DNA from: a virus
Taxonomy: Duplodnaviria; Caudoviricetes
Length of the DNA stretch: 64,000 bases
IMG/VR virus record: IMGVR_UViG_3300021426_003004
Location: 6,973 to 70,972 of that record
Strand: one strand, 5' to 3'
Shown: one piece after another, positions 46,344 through 55,693 of the stretch
Layout: each line of letters begins with the position of its first letter
Position numbering within the stretch: position 1 is the first letter of the stretch
Notes under the pieces: generated by a model
Told to the model about the DNA's origin: nothing
Database searches by the model: none
The model's input: the letters and a program-made list of their open reading frames with translations, nothing else
Translations under genes and position numbers: made by a program

Positions 46344-47483
46344 TTATTCTCCTTCATTAAAATCGTTTGCTGCGGAGCTGAACTCGGGACGCTTATCGGT
46401 CACCGGTACCAGCACCGGCTTTCCCTGGGGCTTAACAATCAGCCCCTGTAACAACTCGTCAAACCGCTTTTTACCTAGCTGCTTGGTCATTGCGGTTATC
46501 CCCAGCAGCTTATGTTCGTAAGGCTCGTATCCGGCTTCCGATACGATCTTGGCAACCTCCGCTTCATTGCGGTACTTCCGATTGCTTTTGCCCTCGACCA
46601 GTTTGAAACCGGGGTATTTCGTGCCAGACAGCGCCTGCTCAAGGGCAAACGCTTTGATGTCTTCGGCCCAGGATACCAGGGAATCAATCTGGGGCAGGAT
46701 CTCCGCTATTTCAGCCGTGTCCAACGTGGGCGGGTCAGCAAAATCGTATGCTGCCATCGCCATGTTGTAGTTGGCTCTTTCGCGGCAGACCGCCTTGGCT
46801 TTGCAGAACGTGCAGTGATCACCGGCACAGAAGTCGCCGTCGCCGACATAGGCGAGCTTGGCGATCGGGGCCAGGGTTCCATCTGCCCAGTTCAGCAGGT
46901 CTTCCTTCGTCATTTCGAATGTGTCCACGTTGTCCCTGCGCGGCTGGAAGATCGAGAGCCTGATACGATGAATGTCGTACAGGTCACCGAACGTGTCCAA
47001 GGCACCTAAGGCATAGCACTTCAGCTGACTGTTCCCGGCTCCATCCTCACCAGATGCGCTGACCAGCACGCCAACTCCATATTTGAAATCAACGATGTGC
47101 AGCAGATCATCGGCGACGATGACACAGTCTCCGGTTCCGAAACCGTGCTCGACCCATTTGGAAAAATCCAATGTCTGTTCAACACAGACCAGCGGGTCAG
47201 GGCAGAGTTCCTTTGCCTGAGCGACCTGCTCCATGACGAATGCGGTGTAGGCTTCTGCCGCCTCCTGCATTTCACCGTCATACCAGGTCAGGTCGCCTGT
47301 GGGATCGCGGGTATTCCTGCCGAGTGCTTTCTCCACCAGATACTGGCAGAGAGCGTGGGCATCCGTGCCTTGCTGTGCGTATGGGCTACCTTGATCTTCC
47401 ATCTGAGCGCACAGCTTGGCTGAAGGTGGGCATTTTAGCCATCGTTCACTGGCCGAAGCGGATAGGTATGCATGACTAGGCAT
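46344..47483 (-). CDS. DUF2800 Cas4-like PD-(D/E)XK exonuclease
   Basis: HAYLSASASERWLKCPPS, FGTGDCVIV, DFKYG, QLKCYALG, GDHCTFCKAKAVC. Confidence 0.9.
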   Translation of the reverse strand: MPSHAYLSASASERWLKCPPSAKLCAQMEDQGSPYAQQGTDAHALCQYLVEKALGRNTRDPTGDLTWYDGEMQEAAEAYTAFVMEQVAQAKELCPDPLVCVEQTLDFSKWVEHGFGTGDCVIVADDLLHIVDFKYGVGVLVSASGEDGAGNSQLKCYALGALDTFGDLYDIHRIRLSIFQPRRDNVDTFEMTKEDLLNWADGTLAPIAKLAYVGDGDFCAGDHCTFCKAKAVCRERANYNMAMAAYDFADPPTLDTAEIAEILPQIDSLVSWAEDIKAFALEQALSGTKYPGFKLVEGKSNRKYRNEAEVAKIVSEAGYEPYEHKLLGITAMTKQLGKKRFDELLQGLIVKPQGKPVLVPVTDKRPEFSSAANDFNEGE

Positions 47484-47814
47484 TACCAATCCCCTCAGCT
47501 TTCTTCACGATTTCAGCCAACTTGCCCGGATCCTTGACGTCGGAAAGCTGACTCACACCGAACTCGGCGAGAAGCGTTTTGACCTCAGCCCTGAACCCTG
47601 CCCTGGACTTCTCCGCGAGAACCGCCCGGGTCTCTTCGTAAGTGCGTGTTTCAGCGGGCGCATCTTCCGTAGGTGCCGGAGCCTGTTCGACAGTGGGTTC
47701 GTCCTGCGTGTTCTCCGGAGCCTCTGAACCTTCGAGCCGGGCGGCGAGATCCGCCACGTCAGCGCTCAGCTTCTTCAGCCCCTCAACCAGAACCGTTTTG
47801 TCTTGCTTTGTCAC
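47476..47814 (-). CDS. Conserved phage hypothetical protein preceding DUF2800
   Basis: GTG start behind AAAGGAGG; RAVLAEKSRAGFRAEVKTLLAEFG. Confidence 0.75.
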   Translation of the reverse strand: MTKQDKTVLVEGLKKLSADVADLAARLEGSEAPENTQDEPTVEQAPAPTEDAPAETRTYEETRAVLAEKSRAGFRAEVKTLLAEFGVSQLSDVKDPGKLAEIVKKAEGIGNA

Positions 47815-47849
47815 TGGGATTTCCTCCTTTCTGACGTATTCAGCCATCT

Positions 47850-47876
47850 ACGCCCAGAAGTGATCGGTTTTTATAA
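47850..47876 (-). promoter_or_regulatory. Class I bipartite motif, copy 2
   Basis: Minus strand TTATAAAAA-ccgatc-ACTTCTGGGCGT. Confidence 0.7.
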
Positions 47877-47931
47877 GAGCCGATCAGATTTTTTTCAAAA
47901 TCTTTTCTCTGTGTTCCGATGACAACCACTA

Positions 47932-47958
47932 ACGCCCAGAAGTGGAGGAGTTTTATAA
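47932..47958 (-). promoter_or_regulatory. Class I bipartite motif, copy 3
   Basis: Minus strand TTATAAAAC-tcctcc-ACTTCTGGGCGT. Confidence 0.7.
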
Positions 47959-48042
47959 ACAGCGAACAAACTTTTTTTTCAAAAAGATGGGCACATAAAA
48001 AAGCGACATCCTCTGAGAGATGCCGCCGTATGCCGGTTAGGC

Positions 48043-48897
48043 TTATTCGAAGAACGCTTTGTGGAAGAATTCTTCTTTCTTTAATAGGTCAGGAACGTAG
48101 GTCGCCAGTTTCTCCAACAGATCTTCTGCATTCTGATGATACTGGGGAAACTGTTCTTCCCGGATACCACCTGTGGAATGATACAACCTATCACTGGAGT
48201 CAGCCAGCATTTCCAGTTCCTGCATCATGGACTTGTACTGCTCAGAACCGGTTTGATCTTCAAACAGGATGGCAAGATACTTCATGAGATCCGGAATGAT
48301 CCCGGGATTATCTCGATCGTTATAGTTGGCCAGCGGGGCTACATAGGTCAGGGCCTTATATTGTTCCGCTTCAATATGATCACCAAGGATGTGGACGTAA
48401 TAGACCAGAACAGCGAACGCTTCAGCTTTGCGGTCAAGATCCCCACGTTCAGATGACCAGGGAAGCCAGGAGAAAGTGCCCTCCATGGGAGTAAAGAGCT
48501 TGGCTCGGATTGTGTTTTTCAGGATGGCCTGACGCTCTGTCCAGTGGGAATCCGCAGAATAAGTAACGTTCCATCCTCTATGTGTATAATCCCTGTGAGC
48601 ATAGTTGCTCGTAAAATTGATTTGATCTATAGAGGAAGGAATACCAGGAATCTTATCGTCATTCAGGTTTTTGAGTTCCGTTGTTCCGCTTCCATTATAC
48701 TGGTCTATTGCCAAATATGCGGCATCCTCGATCCGCTGGATGATTTTCCCGGTTGTTGGATGTGTGTCCGAATAATATCGGTCGCGGAAAAGGACATACT
48801 CCAGTTCCTCGTCATGTTCATCACGATCATGGGCGAGGGCTGGTGCTGCCGTTAGTAGCAGCACCAGCGCGAGAAGCAGGCAGATGATTCGCTTCAT
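48043..48897 (-). CDS. Secreted protein, possible Zn-dependent phospholipase C/P1-nuclease-like fold
   Basis: Signal peptide MKRIICLLLALVLLLTAAPALA; mature H1-x4-H6, D43, HRDYTH, VHILGDH. Confidence 0.6.
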   Translation of the reverse strand: MKRIICLLLALVLLLTAAPALAHDRDEHDEELEYVLFRDRYYSDTHPTTGKIIQRIEDAAYLAIDQYNGSGTTELKNLNDDKIPGIPSSIDQINFTSNYAHRDYTHRGWNVTYSADSHWTERQAILKNTIRAKLFTPMEGTFSWLPWSSERGDLDRKAEAFAVLVYYVHILGDHIEAEQYKALTYVAPLANYNDRDNPGIIPDLMKYLAILFEDQTGSEQYKSMMQELEMLADSSDRLYHSTGGIREEQFPQYHQNAEDLLEKLATYVPDLLKKEEFFHKAFFE

Positions 48898-48899
48898 TA

Positions 48900-50723
48900 T
48901 TAATTCACCCTTATGAAGTTGACGCTGTTGTCCCAAACCTTCAGATAATCGTACCAGTTGTTCTTGTGGCCTTCCCAGACCTTCAGGTAGTCATACCACT
49001 CTTTCTTCGAGCCTTCTGCAGTGTATTCGAAGTGAATCGGTTCCTCGCTGGCATCCGGATTCGGAACTATGTCAATCAGGATAGTGGATTCCGGCTCCCA
49101 GACGTGGTTCTTGCCTTCTTCGCTGTTATAGATCGCAACATAGGTGGAGATATCGCCTTCGGTTCCTCTTTCTACCTTGTCCAGCTTCCAATCGGTGAGG
49201 ATGACCGCCTCATCGGCATTCTTTTCCTTCACACTCACGGTAATTGTAGCATTGGGAGACAGGAGGCGAACCGGCAGGACCATGCCTGTGCCGCCGAACT
49301 CGATGTCAGCAGGTTCGGTTGCAGCCTTGTTGGCGGTGTTGAACCAGAACTGATCATCAAGGGCCTCGTTCAGGAACAGGCGGTTTCCATTCGGATGCAG
49401 GATTGTGTCAACCTTGGTTTTATCTGCATCAGAGATCTGCAGTTCACCGGCCAGACCAAACAGAAGCTCGCAGTTCAGGTACAGGGCTTCAGATACCGGG
49501 GCAAACTCGGTCTTCCGGTTTTCCTTCAGCATCTTATTATAATTGTTGATCTGGTCTTTCTGGCTGTTCGTAGCGTCCTTGGGAACAGCGGTCTCTTTTA
49601 CTTTCGCGAGGTAGGTTTCGTTCATGGACTGCTGCTCTTTGACCAGATAATTCACATTATCCAGAACAATGTTGTAGGCCTTCTGCAGATATGCTTTGTC
49701 AGAAGTCTTGCCATAAACATCGACATAGGTCTGCGCAGCAAAGTACCGCAGCGCCCAGTCTTTATTCTGGGTGTTCTCGTAGATTGCGTCAGCCCGCTTG
49801 GCTGCATATTCCGCATACTCTTCTTCGGAATACACCTGCTCGGCAGAGGCAATGGCGAGGGGCAGGACTTTGGCATACTCATAATCCCACCGGAACAGGC
49901 GAGCTCCCATCGCTTCGTAGGTAGCGACGGCTTCCAGACAGTTTTTGAACTCACCGTTGTTGTAATAGGCATCTGCGAGAATCAGCCAATACCCGCCGTA
50001 GGATTGGTAGATCTTCTGGTTGGACTCCAGGAACTGGATGCGGGCGACAACATTATCATTGTTCTTCCACTCTACCAGATCAGCGACGGTGCCTTCGGTC
50101 AGGGCCAGTTCGCCGGGAAGACCATAGTCATTCACCATCTTGATCATGTAGCTGAAAGCACCTTTCCGGCTCTCATGGAGAGCAGCGGCTTCTTCATCGT
50201 CCAGTGCCCAGCCTTCCTTCAGGAACTGGAGATCGTTTTCAGCGGTATAGGCAGTGTAGCTGGTGTAGGAGTCAACCGCCATGTAAACGACGGACGCAAT
50301 CAACCGGGCCGGGGTCAGAGAGTGAACTGAGCTCAGAAGCCCCAGCGGATTCGGAACCGCCGCACGGATGGCCTTGGCCTGGTTTTGCTCATAGATGAAC
50401 TGCAGGCGATCCCGCTTTACGTTGACCATCCTGTACTTTTCCATCGTATCCAGCAGGCCGGTCATCTGGCTGAGGGTTCTGCTGTCGACGGCATTCGGGT
50501 AGGTGTTGTTGATCAGGGAAGCATAAGCCTGCTCCATGAACATACGACTGTTTTTCGCGGCATTCGTTTCCTGAGTAAGAACCGTCAGGTGGTTCAACAT
50601 GGCGATAGCGTTCTTCTGCTCATCCGTGAGGGCAGAAGACTCCGCATGCACAGAACCGATCGCTCCCACCATCAGGGCCATGAGGAGTACGATGCTGACA
50701 ACCTGCTTCAGAAACCGTTTCAT
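48900..50723 (-). CDS. Secreted 607-aa protein with helical/TPR-like core
   Basis: Signal peptide ending VHA-E; YWLILADAYYNNGEFKNCLEA TPR-like helices; beta-rich C-terminus. Confidence 0.75.
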   Translation of the reverse strand: MKRFLKQVVSIVLLMALMVGAIGSVHAESSALTDEQKNAIAMLNHLTVLTQETNAAKNSRMFMEQAYASLINNTYPNAVDSRTLSQMTGLLDTMEKYRMVNVKRDRLQFIYEQNQAKAIRAAVPNPLGLLSSVHSLTPARLIASVVYMAVDSYTSYTAYTAENDLQFLKEGWALDDEEAAALHESRKGAFSYMIKMVNDYGLPGELALTEGTVADLVEWKNNDNVVARIQFLESNQKIYQSYGGYWLILADAYYNNGEFKNCLEAVATYEAMGARLFRWDYEYAKVLPLAIASAEQVYSEEEYAEYAAKRADAIYENTQNKDWALRYFAAQTYVDVYGKTSDKAYLQKAYNIVLDNVNYLVKEQQSMNETYLAKVKETAVPKDATNSQKDQINNYNKMLKENRKTEFAPVSEALYLNCELLFGLAGELQISDADKTKVDTILHPNGNRLFLNEALDDQFWFNTANKAATEPADIEFGGTGMVLPVRLLSPNATITVSVKEKNADEAVILTDWKLDKVERGTEGDISTYVAIYNSEEGKNHVWEPESTILIDIVPNPDASEEPIHFEYTAEGSKKEWYDYLKVWEGHKNNWYDYLKVWDNSVNFIRVN

Positions 50724-50908
50724 GGGTACCTACCTCCTACGAGAATAATTTCTTGATCATAGTATACCGCCGAACAGATGACTATTACATGACGAGTTCG
50801 GCGAAATAGGGCCGCGTAATTTTCACCTGCAGGCCCCAAACCATAACGATCACGTCAACCAGAGAATTATACCACGCCAGTCTTTTTTCGACAAATTTCA
50901 TATTCCGT

Positions 50909-50935
50909 TTATAAAACCGGTCGACTTCTGGGCGT
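50909..50935 (+). promoter_or_regulatory. Class I bipartite motif, copy 4
   Basis: TTATAAAAC-cggtcg-ACTTCTGGGCGT, 33 nt before the ATG at 50969. Confidence 0.7.
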
Positions 50936-50968
50936 AAGCGGGCAGAACGATGAAAGGAGCTGCCCGCC

Positions 50969-51322
50969 ATGGACACGCGAAACAGGGACTCACCGGTTGT
51001 TTATATCTGTTCCCGTTACTCAGGAAACATCGAGAGAAACACAGACCTAGCCCGCCGATACAGCCGCTTGGCTGTGGAGCGAGGGTGTGTTCCGCTGACT
51101 CCGCACCTGCTGCTACCACAGTTCTTATCGGAAGAAACGGAACGGGAGAAGGCAATCAGCCTGGATCTCCGCTTCCTCGGTCTTTGTCAGGAACTGTGGG
51201 TTTGCGGTCCGGATGTCAGCGAAGGCATGCGGCGCGAGATCGATTGCGCTGCCGAAATGAAAATACCCATCCGATATATCAAGGAGGAAGAAATCTTATG
51301 TATGCAATTACCGAAGGCGTAG
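50969..51322 (+). CDS. DUF4406-like (nucleoside 2-deoxyribosyltransferase-like fold) phage protein
   Basis: VYICSRYSG, PHLLLPQFL, CQELWVCG..SEGMRREI. Confidence 0.8.
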   Translation: MDTRNRDSPVVYICSRYSGNIERNTDLARRYSRLAVERGCVPLTPHLLLPQFLSEETEREKAISLDLRFLGLCQELWVCGPDVSEGMRREIDCAAEMKIPIRYIKEEEILCMQLPKA

Positions 51323-51630
51323 CCAAGATCAACGGAGAGATCGTTGATACCTTTGAGCGGGAGATCAGCGACGGAAGGACTGCTCTTGAGGTGGAAGCCG
51401 GAACGACCGGTTTCGTCGGCGAAGATTGCCGAAATGCGGGAGGCCGCACTTACATCGGCATCAACTGTATCTGCGGCGACTTCTACTTCGAGCCGGTGAA
51501 GAACGACAACGGCCAGATCTCCGGAATCAAGATCGCCTGCTGCGGGGATGACGGTCTGGACAGCATCCTGAAAGCGCTCGGCTTTGTGATGCAGGCGCTG
51601 ACCGACCAGGTCAACGAGATCGATGACTAA
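51298..51630 (+). CDS. Conserved phage hypothetical protein
   Basis: RBS AAGGAGG; LEVEAGTTGF..GGRTY motif. Confidence 0.7.
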   Translation: MYAITEGVAKINGEIVDTFEREISDGRTALEVEAGTTGFVGEDCRNAGGRTYIGINCICGDFYFEPVKNDNGQISGIKIACCGDDGLDSILKALGFVMQALTDQVNEIDD

Positions 51631-51690
51631 ACTGCGAAGGCAGGTCTGTGTGATACAGGCCTGCCTGATTCATTTTTGGAGGTCAATCTA

Positions 51691-52584
51691 ATGGCAATTA
51701 CTTCATTAATGGTAAAGGGTCTGGCTATCAGCCCGGAAGCCATACAGCGCAATGTCGATGAATGGGAACGCCGTGGCAGAAACTGGCAGGGTGTGGACCG
51801 CTTTGAAATGACAGAACAGCAGATGATCTCCGTTGTTGAAAAGCTATACGACACGGACTACTTTTCTTCAACTTATCTGATGTCTCCGTCCATTCCAGAG
51901 TTCGCGGTTCTCATTCAGGAGCCGGACGATTATGTGAACACCTATGTTTGCTTTCGTCGGACGCTGCTGAAGGAGGGCGACATTCTGACGGATGATCAGG
52001 ATGGCCTTCAGAAAACGGTAACGCCTGTTATCGACGCATACGTGTACGCCAATAACAAAGGCACCTTATGCAATATCGTCATCACACTAGGCAGATGCGA
52101 GCTCAGGCGGGAGGGCCATATGATGCCCTGTACGGCACAGGTCTTGTCGTATACCCACCGTGATCCCATGACGGAATATATGCTGGAACGCCCTGAGGAT
52201 TTGCGGGACTTCATGCGCAATGTGAAGTCCATTTACCTTGCGATTCAGATGCTTTCACTGGAACGGCCTGAAGTCTTCGTTACGAAGACGGAAAAGGTAA
52301 CGCATCAGGAAACCATCCGGAAGAAGGGACGGTACAAGAAGGTCAACAAGACCAAGCTCGTCAAGGTGACTCGGGTTTCGGAGGAAGCGCTGAACGCGAT
52401 TGAATCCCATAGCATCCGTACGTTTACCTGCCCCTGCTGGGGTGTCGCCGGTCACTGGCGCACATACAAATCGGGGAAAAAGATCTGGATTAATCCTTAC
52501 CGCAAGGGCAAGCAGAGATCGAACCCTGCTGCCTATACCCCCAAAGTATATCAACTTCCAGAGGAGGAAGCCGCTTATGTTTGA
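51691..52584 (+). CDS. Hypothetical phage protein with C-terminal WGVAGHWRTYKSGK motif
   Basis: RBS GGAGG; basic C-terminal region; overlaps primase start. Confidence 0.7.
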   Translation: MAITSLMVKGLAISPEAIQRNVDEWERRGRNWQGVDRFEMTEQQMISVVEKLYDTDYFSSTYLMSPSIPEFAVLIQEPDDYVNTYVCFRRTLLKEGDILTDDQDGLQKTVTPVIDAYVYANNKGTLCNIVITLGRCELRREGHMMPCTAQVLSYTHRDPMTEYMLERPEDLRDFMRNVKSIYLAIQMLSLERPEVFVTKTEKVTHQETIRKKGRYKKVNKTKLVKVTRVSEEALNAIESHSIRTFTCPCWGVAGHWRTYKSGKKIWINPYRKGKQRSNPAAYTPKVYQLPEEEAAYV

Positions 52585-54847
52585 TATCTATTTTGCCGAT
52601 TGCCTCGGGCGGGAGAACAACTGTCTCTATCCGCACAAGGCTACAATTACCGACGCTGAATCACTCGCGCAGGCAGTCAGTCATGATTATGTCTGCGCAC
52701 GCTACAAGAACAATTACCGTAACAACACCAACTTCGAAGAGAGCGATTGCCTCGCTTGGGAATTCGATAACGACCATTCCGAGAATCCGGAAGACTGGAT
52801 TGAGCCGAAGAAGCTAGCGGAGGAATTCCCGGATGTGCCGATAGGCATCCATTACAGCAGGCATCATATGCTGCAGAAGGGTGACAAAGGCCCCAGGCCC
52901 AGGTTCCACGCTTTCATGATGATCAAGCGCACCACAGACGGCGCTGCCTACAGCGCACTGAAGAAGAAAATGTACTCGCTGTTTCCCTTTGCAGATACCA
53001 ATGCGCTGGACGCTGCTCGATTCTTCTTCGGTACGAAAGACCCGAAGACGGAGTTCTTCCCGGGCACGAAAACGCTGGATGAATTCCTTGAAGAGGCTGA
53101 CTTCGACGAGGATATGAACCAGGGCAGCTACGGCAGCCGGGTGATTAAAGAAGGAAGCCGGAACTCCACCATGAGCCGGTTTGCCGGGAAACTGGTCAAG
53201 CGGTTCGGCTGGAACATCACAACGCACAGTATCTTCATGGAGGAAGCAACAAAGTGTGACCCTCCGTTGCCGGACGCTGAGCTCGATCGGATTTGGCAGA
53301 GCGCACGGAAGTTCGAGAAGACGGTCTCTGAACAGCCCGGATACATTCCTCCGGAGAAGTTCAATGCCGCGATTCCAATGGGCGAGCTTGGCTCCCTGAA
53401 ACCGAGCGATTATTCCGATATCGGTCAGGCGAAAGTACTGAAGCGGGAGTATGGCGACGAGCTTGCTTTCCATCCGGGCACAGATTTCCTGCACTACGAC
53501 GATACAGTCTGGAACGAATCCAAAGAGGAAGCCTACGGTGCAACCGAAGAGTTCCTTGACCTTCAGCTGGCTGATGCTCAGCTCATGGTTTTTCAAGCCC
53601 GGGAGGCTTTCCTGCGGGCAGGCGGCGATGAGGAAGCGCTCGGCGGCAGCAAGAAGGCTGCGGCAAAACTCAACGAGGAAATGCTGGAACTGCTTCTCGC
53701 ATACCTGTCGGCGCGGGCATACGAGGCGTTCGTCATGAAGCGCCGGGACGCGAAGTACATCAATGCGGTCATGACTACGGTGAAACCGCTGGTGCTGATC
53801 AAACTGGAACAGCTGAACCACGATCCATTGCTCCTGAATACGCCGTCGGCAACCTACAACCTGGCTGAAGGCCTTGAAGGCCGGAGGGAACATCGAGCGG
53901 ATGATTTCTGCACGAAGATCACAGCGGTTGATCCGGGTGACAAGGGCAAAGAGCTCTGGCTGGATGCCCTGAACAAGACTTTCCAGAACGATCAGGAGCT
54001 GATTGACTATGTTCAGGAAGTTGTCGGTTTGGCTTCGGTCGGCAAAGTCTATATGGAAGCAATGATTATAGCCTACGGCGGCGGGCGAAACGGTAAATCC
54101 ACCTTCTGGAATACGATTTCCCGAGTCCTGGGCTCCTACAGCGGCGATGTGTCCGCAGACACACTGACTGTTGGCTGCCGCCGGAATGTGAAGCCGGAAA
54201 TGGCTGAACTGAAAGGCGTCAGACTGGCGCTGGCAAAGGAACTGGAGGAAGGCATGCGGATGAACACCAGTGTGGTGAAGCAGCTGACCTCTACCGACCA
54301 GATTTTCGGTGAGAAAAAGTTCTGCAAGCCCGCGCATTTCACACCTTCTCATACTTTGGTTCTCTACACAAACCATTTACCTCGTGTCGGCGCGACCGAT
54401 GACGGAACCTGGCGGCGATTGATTGTGATTCCCTTCACAGCGGTATTCACAGGGAAGAAGGATCACAAGAATTACGCCGATTTCCTGTTCGAGAACGCTG
54501 GTCCCTACATCCTGAAATGGATTATTGAAGGGGCACAGCGCATCATCAGTAAAGGTTACCACTTGACGAACCCGTCGGTTGTGCAGGAAGCAATCGACGC
54601 TTACCGCAACCAGAATGACTGGATGGAAGATTTCCTGGAGGATTGCTGTGAACTGGGACCGACGTACAGCTGTAAGTCTGGCGAACTGTACCAGGAATAC
54701 CGCGCCTACTGTCTGCGCATGGGCGAGTTTGCCCGGAGCACTTCTGATTTCTACACCGAGCTTGATAAACGCGAGTTTGAGCGGAAGAAGACGAAGGCCG
54801 GAATGGTGATCAAGGGCCTGCAACTGAAGCAGGATTTCAGCGATTGA
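52577..54847 (+). CDS. Phage/plasmid P4-family primase-helicase (primase domain, PriCT-1, D5-like SF3 helicase)
   Basis: HYSRHH, RPRFH, EGSRNSTM (PriCT), GGGRNGKSTF Walker A, TNHLP, WRRLIVIPF. Confidence 0.93.
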   Translation: MFDIYFADCLGRENNCLYPHKATITDAESLAQAVSHDYVCARYKNNYRNNTNFEESDCLAWEFDNDHSENPEDWIEPKKLAEEFPDVPIGIHYSRHHMLQKGDKGPRPRFHAFMMIKRTTDGAAYSALKKKMYSLFPFADTNALDAARFFFGTKDPKTEFFPGTKTLDEFLEEADFDEDMNQGSYGSRVIKEGSRNSTMSRFAGKLVKRFGWNITTHSIFMEEATKCDPPLPDAELDRIWQSARKFEKTVSEQPGYIPPEKFNAAIPMGELGSLKPSDYSDIGQAKVLKREYGDELAFHPGTDFLHYDDTVWNESKEEAYGATEEFLDLQLADAQLMVFQAREAFLRAGGDEEALGGSKKAAAKLNEEMLELLLAYLSARAYEAFVMKRRDAKYINAVMTTVKPLVLIKLEQLNHDPLLLNTPSATYNLAEGLEGRREHRADDFCTKITAVDPGDKGKELWLDALNKTFQNDQELIDYVQEVVGLASVGKVYMEAMIIAYGGGRNGKSTFWNTISRVLGSYSGDVSADTLTVGCRRNVKPEMAELKGVRLALAKELEEGMRMNTSVVKQLTSTDQIFGEKKFCKPAHFTPSHTLVLYTNHLPRVGATDDGTWRRLIVIPFTAVFTGKKDHKNYADFLFENAGPYILKWIIEGAQRIISKGYHLTNPSVVQEAIDAYRNQNDWMEDFLEDCCELGPTYSCKSGELYQEYRAYCLRMGEFARSTSDFYTELDKREFERKKTKAGMVIKGLQLKQDFSD

Positions 54848-54865
54848 CCAAAAAACACATGCCTC

Positions 54866-55038
54866 GACCTGCACCGACCTGCACCTTTTCAAGTCCCAGA
54901 AGCCTTATGGCATAAGGATTTCTTTATAGGGTGCAGGTCGGTGCACCTCATTTCATAACCCTTCTATAGAGAGAAAAAAATCTGGCCAAAAAAAGTCCCT
55001 ATAGGAGGGTACTGAAAAGACCTGCACCGACCTGCACC
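54866..55038. repeat. Iteron array, probable replication origin
   Basis: GACCTGCACC x2 (54866-54885), inverted copy plus GGTGCACC (54930-54947), x2 (55019-55038); AT-rich spacer; CCTTATGGCATAAGG dyad at 54903. Confidence 0.75.
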
Positions 55039-55073
55039 TTTTTGATTAATTCGTGATGAAGGAGCGTCCTTAA

Positions 55074-55352
55074 ATGCGAGAAAAACAGATTGAGCAGCGC
55101 CTTGTCAAGGCCGTAAAGGCCCGGGGCGGGCTGTGTCCCAAACTGGTATCTCCCGGGACTGATGGAATGCCGGACAGAATGGTGCTGCTTCCGGATTCCC
55201 ACATGGGCTTTGTGGAAGTGAAAGCTCCCGGGGAGAAACCGCGACCGCTGCAACAACGGCGGCATGAGCAACTACGGGAACTGGGATATAAGGTTTCAGT
55301 TCTCGACGACCCTGAACAAATCCCCCCAATCCTGGACGAGATACGGAGGTGA
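55074..55352 (+). CDS. VRR-NUC domain nuclease
   Basis: MREKQIEQRL, GMPDRMVL, FVEVKAPG..PRPLQ. Confidence 0.92.
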   Translation: MREKQIEQRLVKAVKARGGLCPKLVSPGTDGMPDRMVLLPDSHMGFVEVKAPGEKPRPLQQRRHEQLRELGYKVSVLDDPEQIPPILDEIRR

Positions 55353-55693
55353 TCGTGATGCCCAGCGTGATTCAACTGAAGTCAGGCAAGACCGAAACGG
55401 TCTTTGATTTGGAAGATCTCCTGCGGCTGGTGGAGCAGCACATGGGCGATGAGACTCGCCGCCTGCTGGAAGAACTTAACGCCCCGGAGGATGACGCCGC
55501 CGAGTATATTGCCGACCTGGAGAAGGAAAACCAGCGGCTCCGGGATCACCACCATGGGGTGATGACGGAACTGCGGTCTCTGTCCGAGACGGAAGCCCAG
55601 CTGATTCAGGAGAAGGAAATTGATCGGAAAGCCCTGTCCACGGTGGTGGGCAAGATCGGAACAATCACATGGAGAGAAGTCAATGTGCGATGA
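55349..55693 (+). CDS. Hypothetical coiled-coil phage protein
   Basis: 4-nt overlap with VRR-NUC; RBS GGAGG. Confidence 0.65.
   Translation: MIVMPSVIQLKSGKTETVFDLEDLLRLVEQHMGDETRRLLEELNAPEDDAAEYIADLEKENQRLRDHHHGVMTELRSLSETEAQLIQEKEIDRKALSTVVGKIGTITWREVNVR

Noticed and set aside
46344-47483. Cas4-like nuclease as a sign of CRISPR-Cas
   Set aside because: It sits in the standard phage DUF2800-DUF2815-pol module; no CRISPR array or other cas genes are present.
48966-50330. 454-aa plus-strand ORF
   Set aside because: Antisense shadow of the 607-aa secreted protein gene.
52814-54376. 520-aa minus-strand ORF
   Set aside because: Antisense shadow of the primase-helicase.
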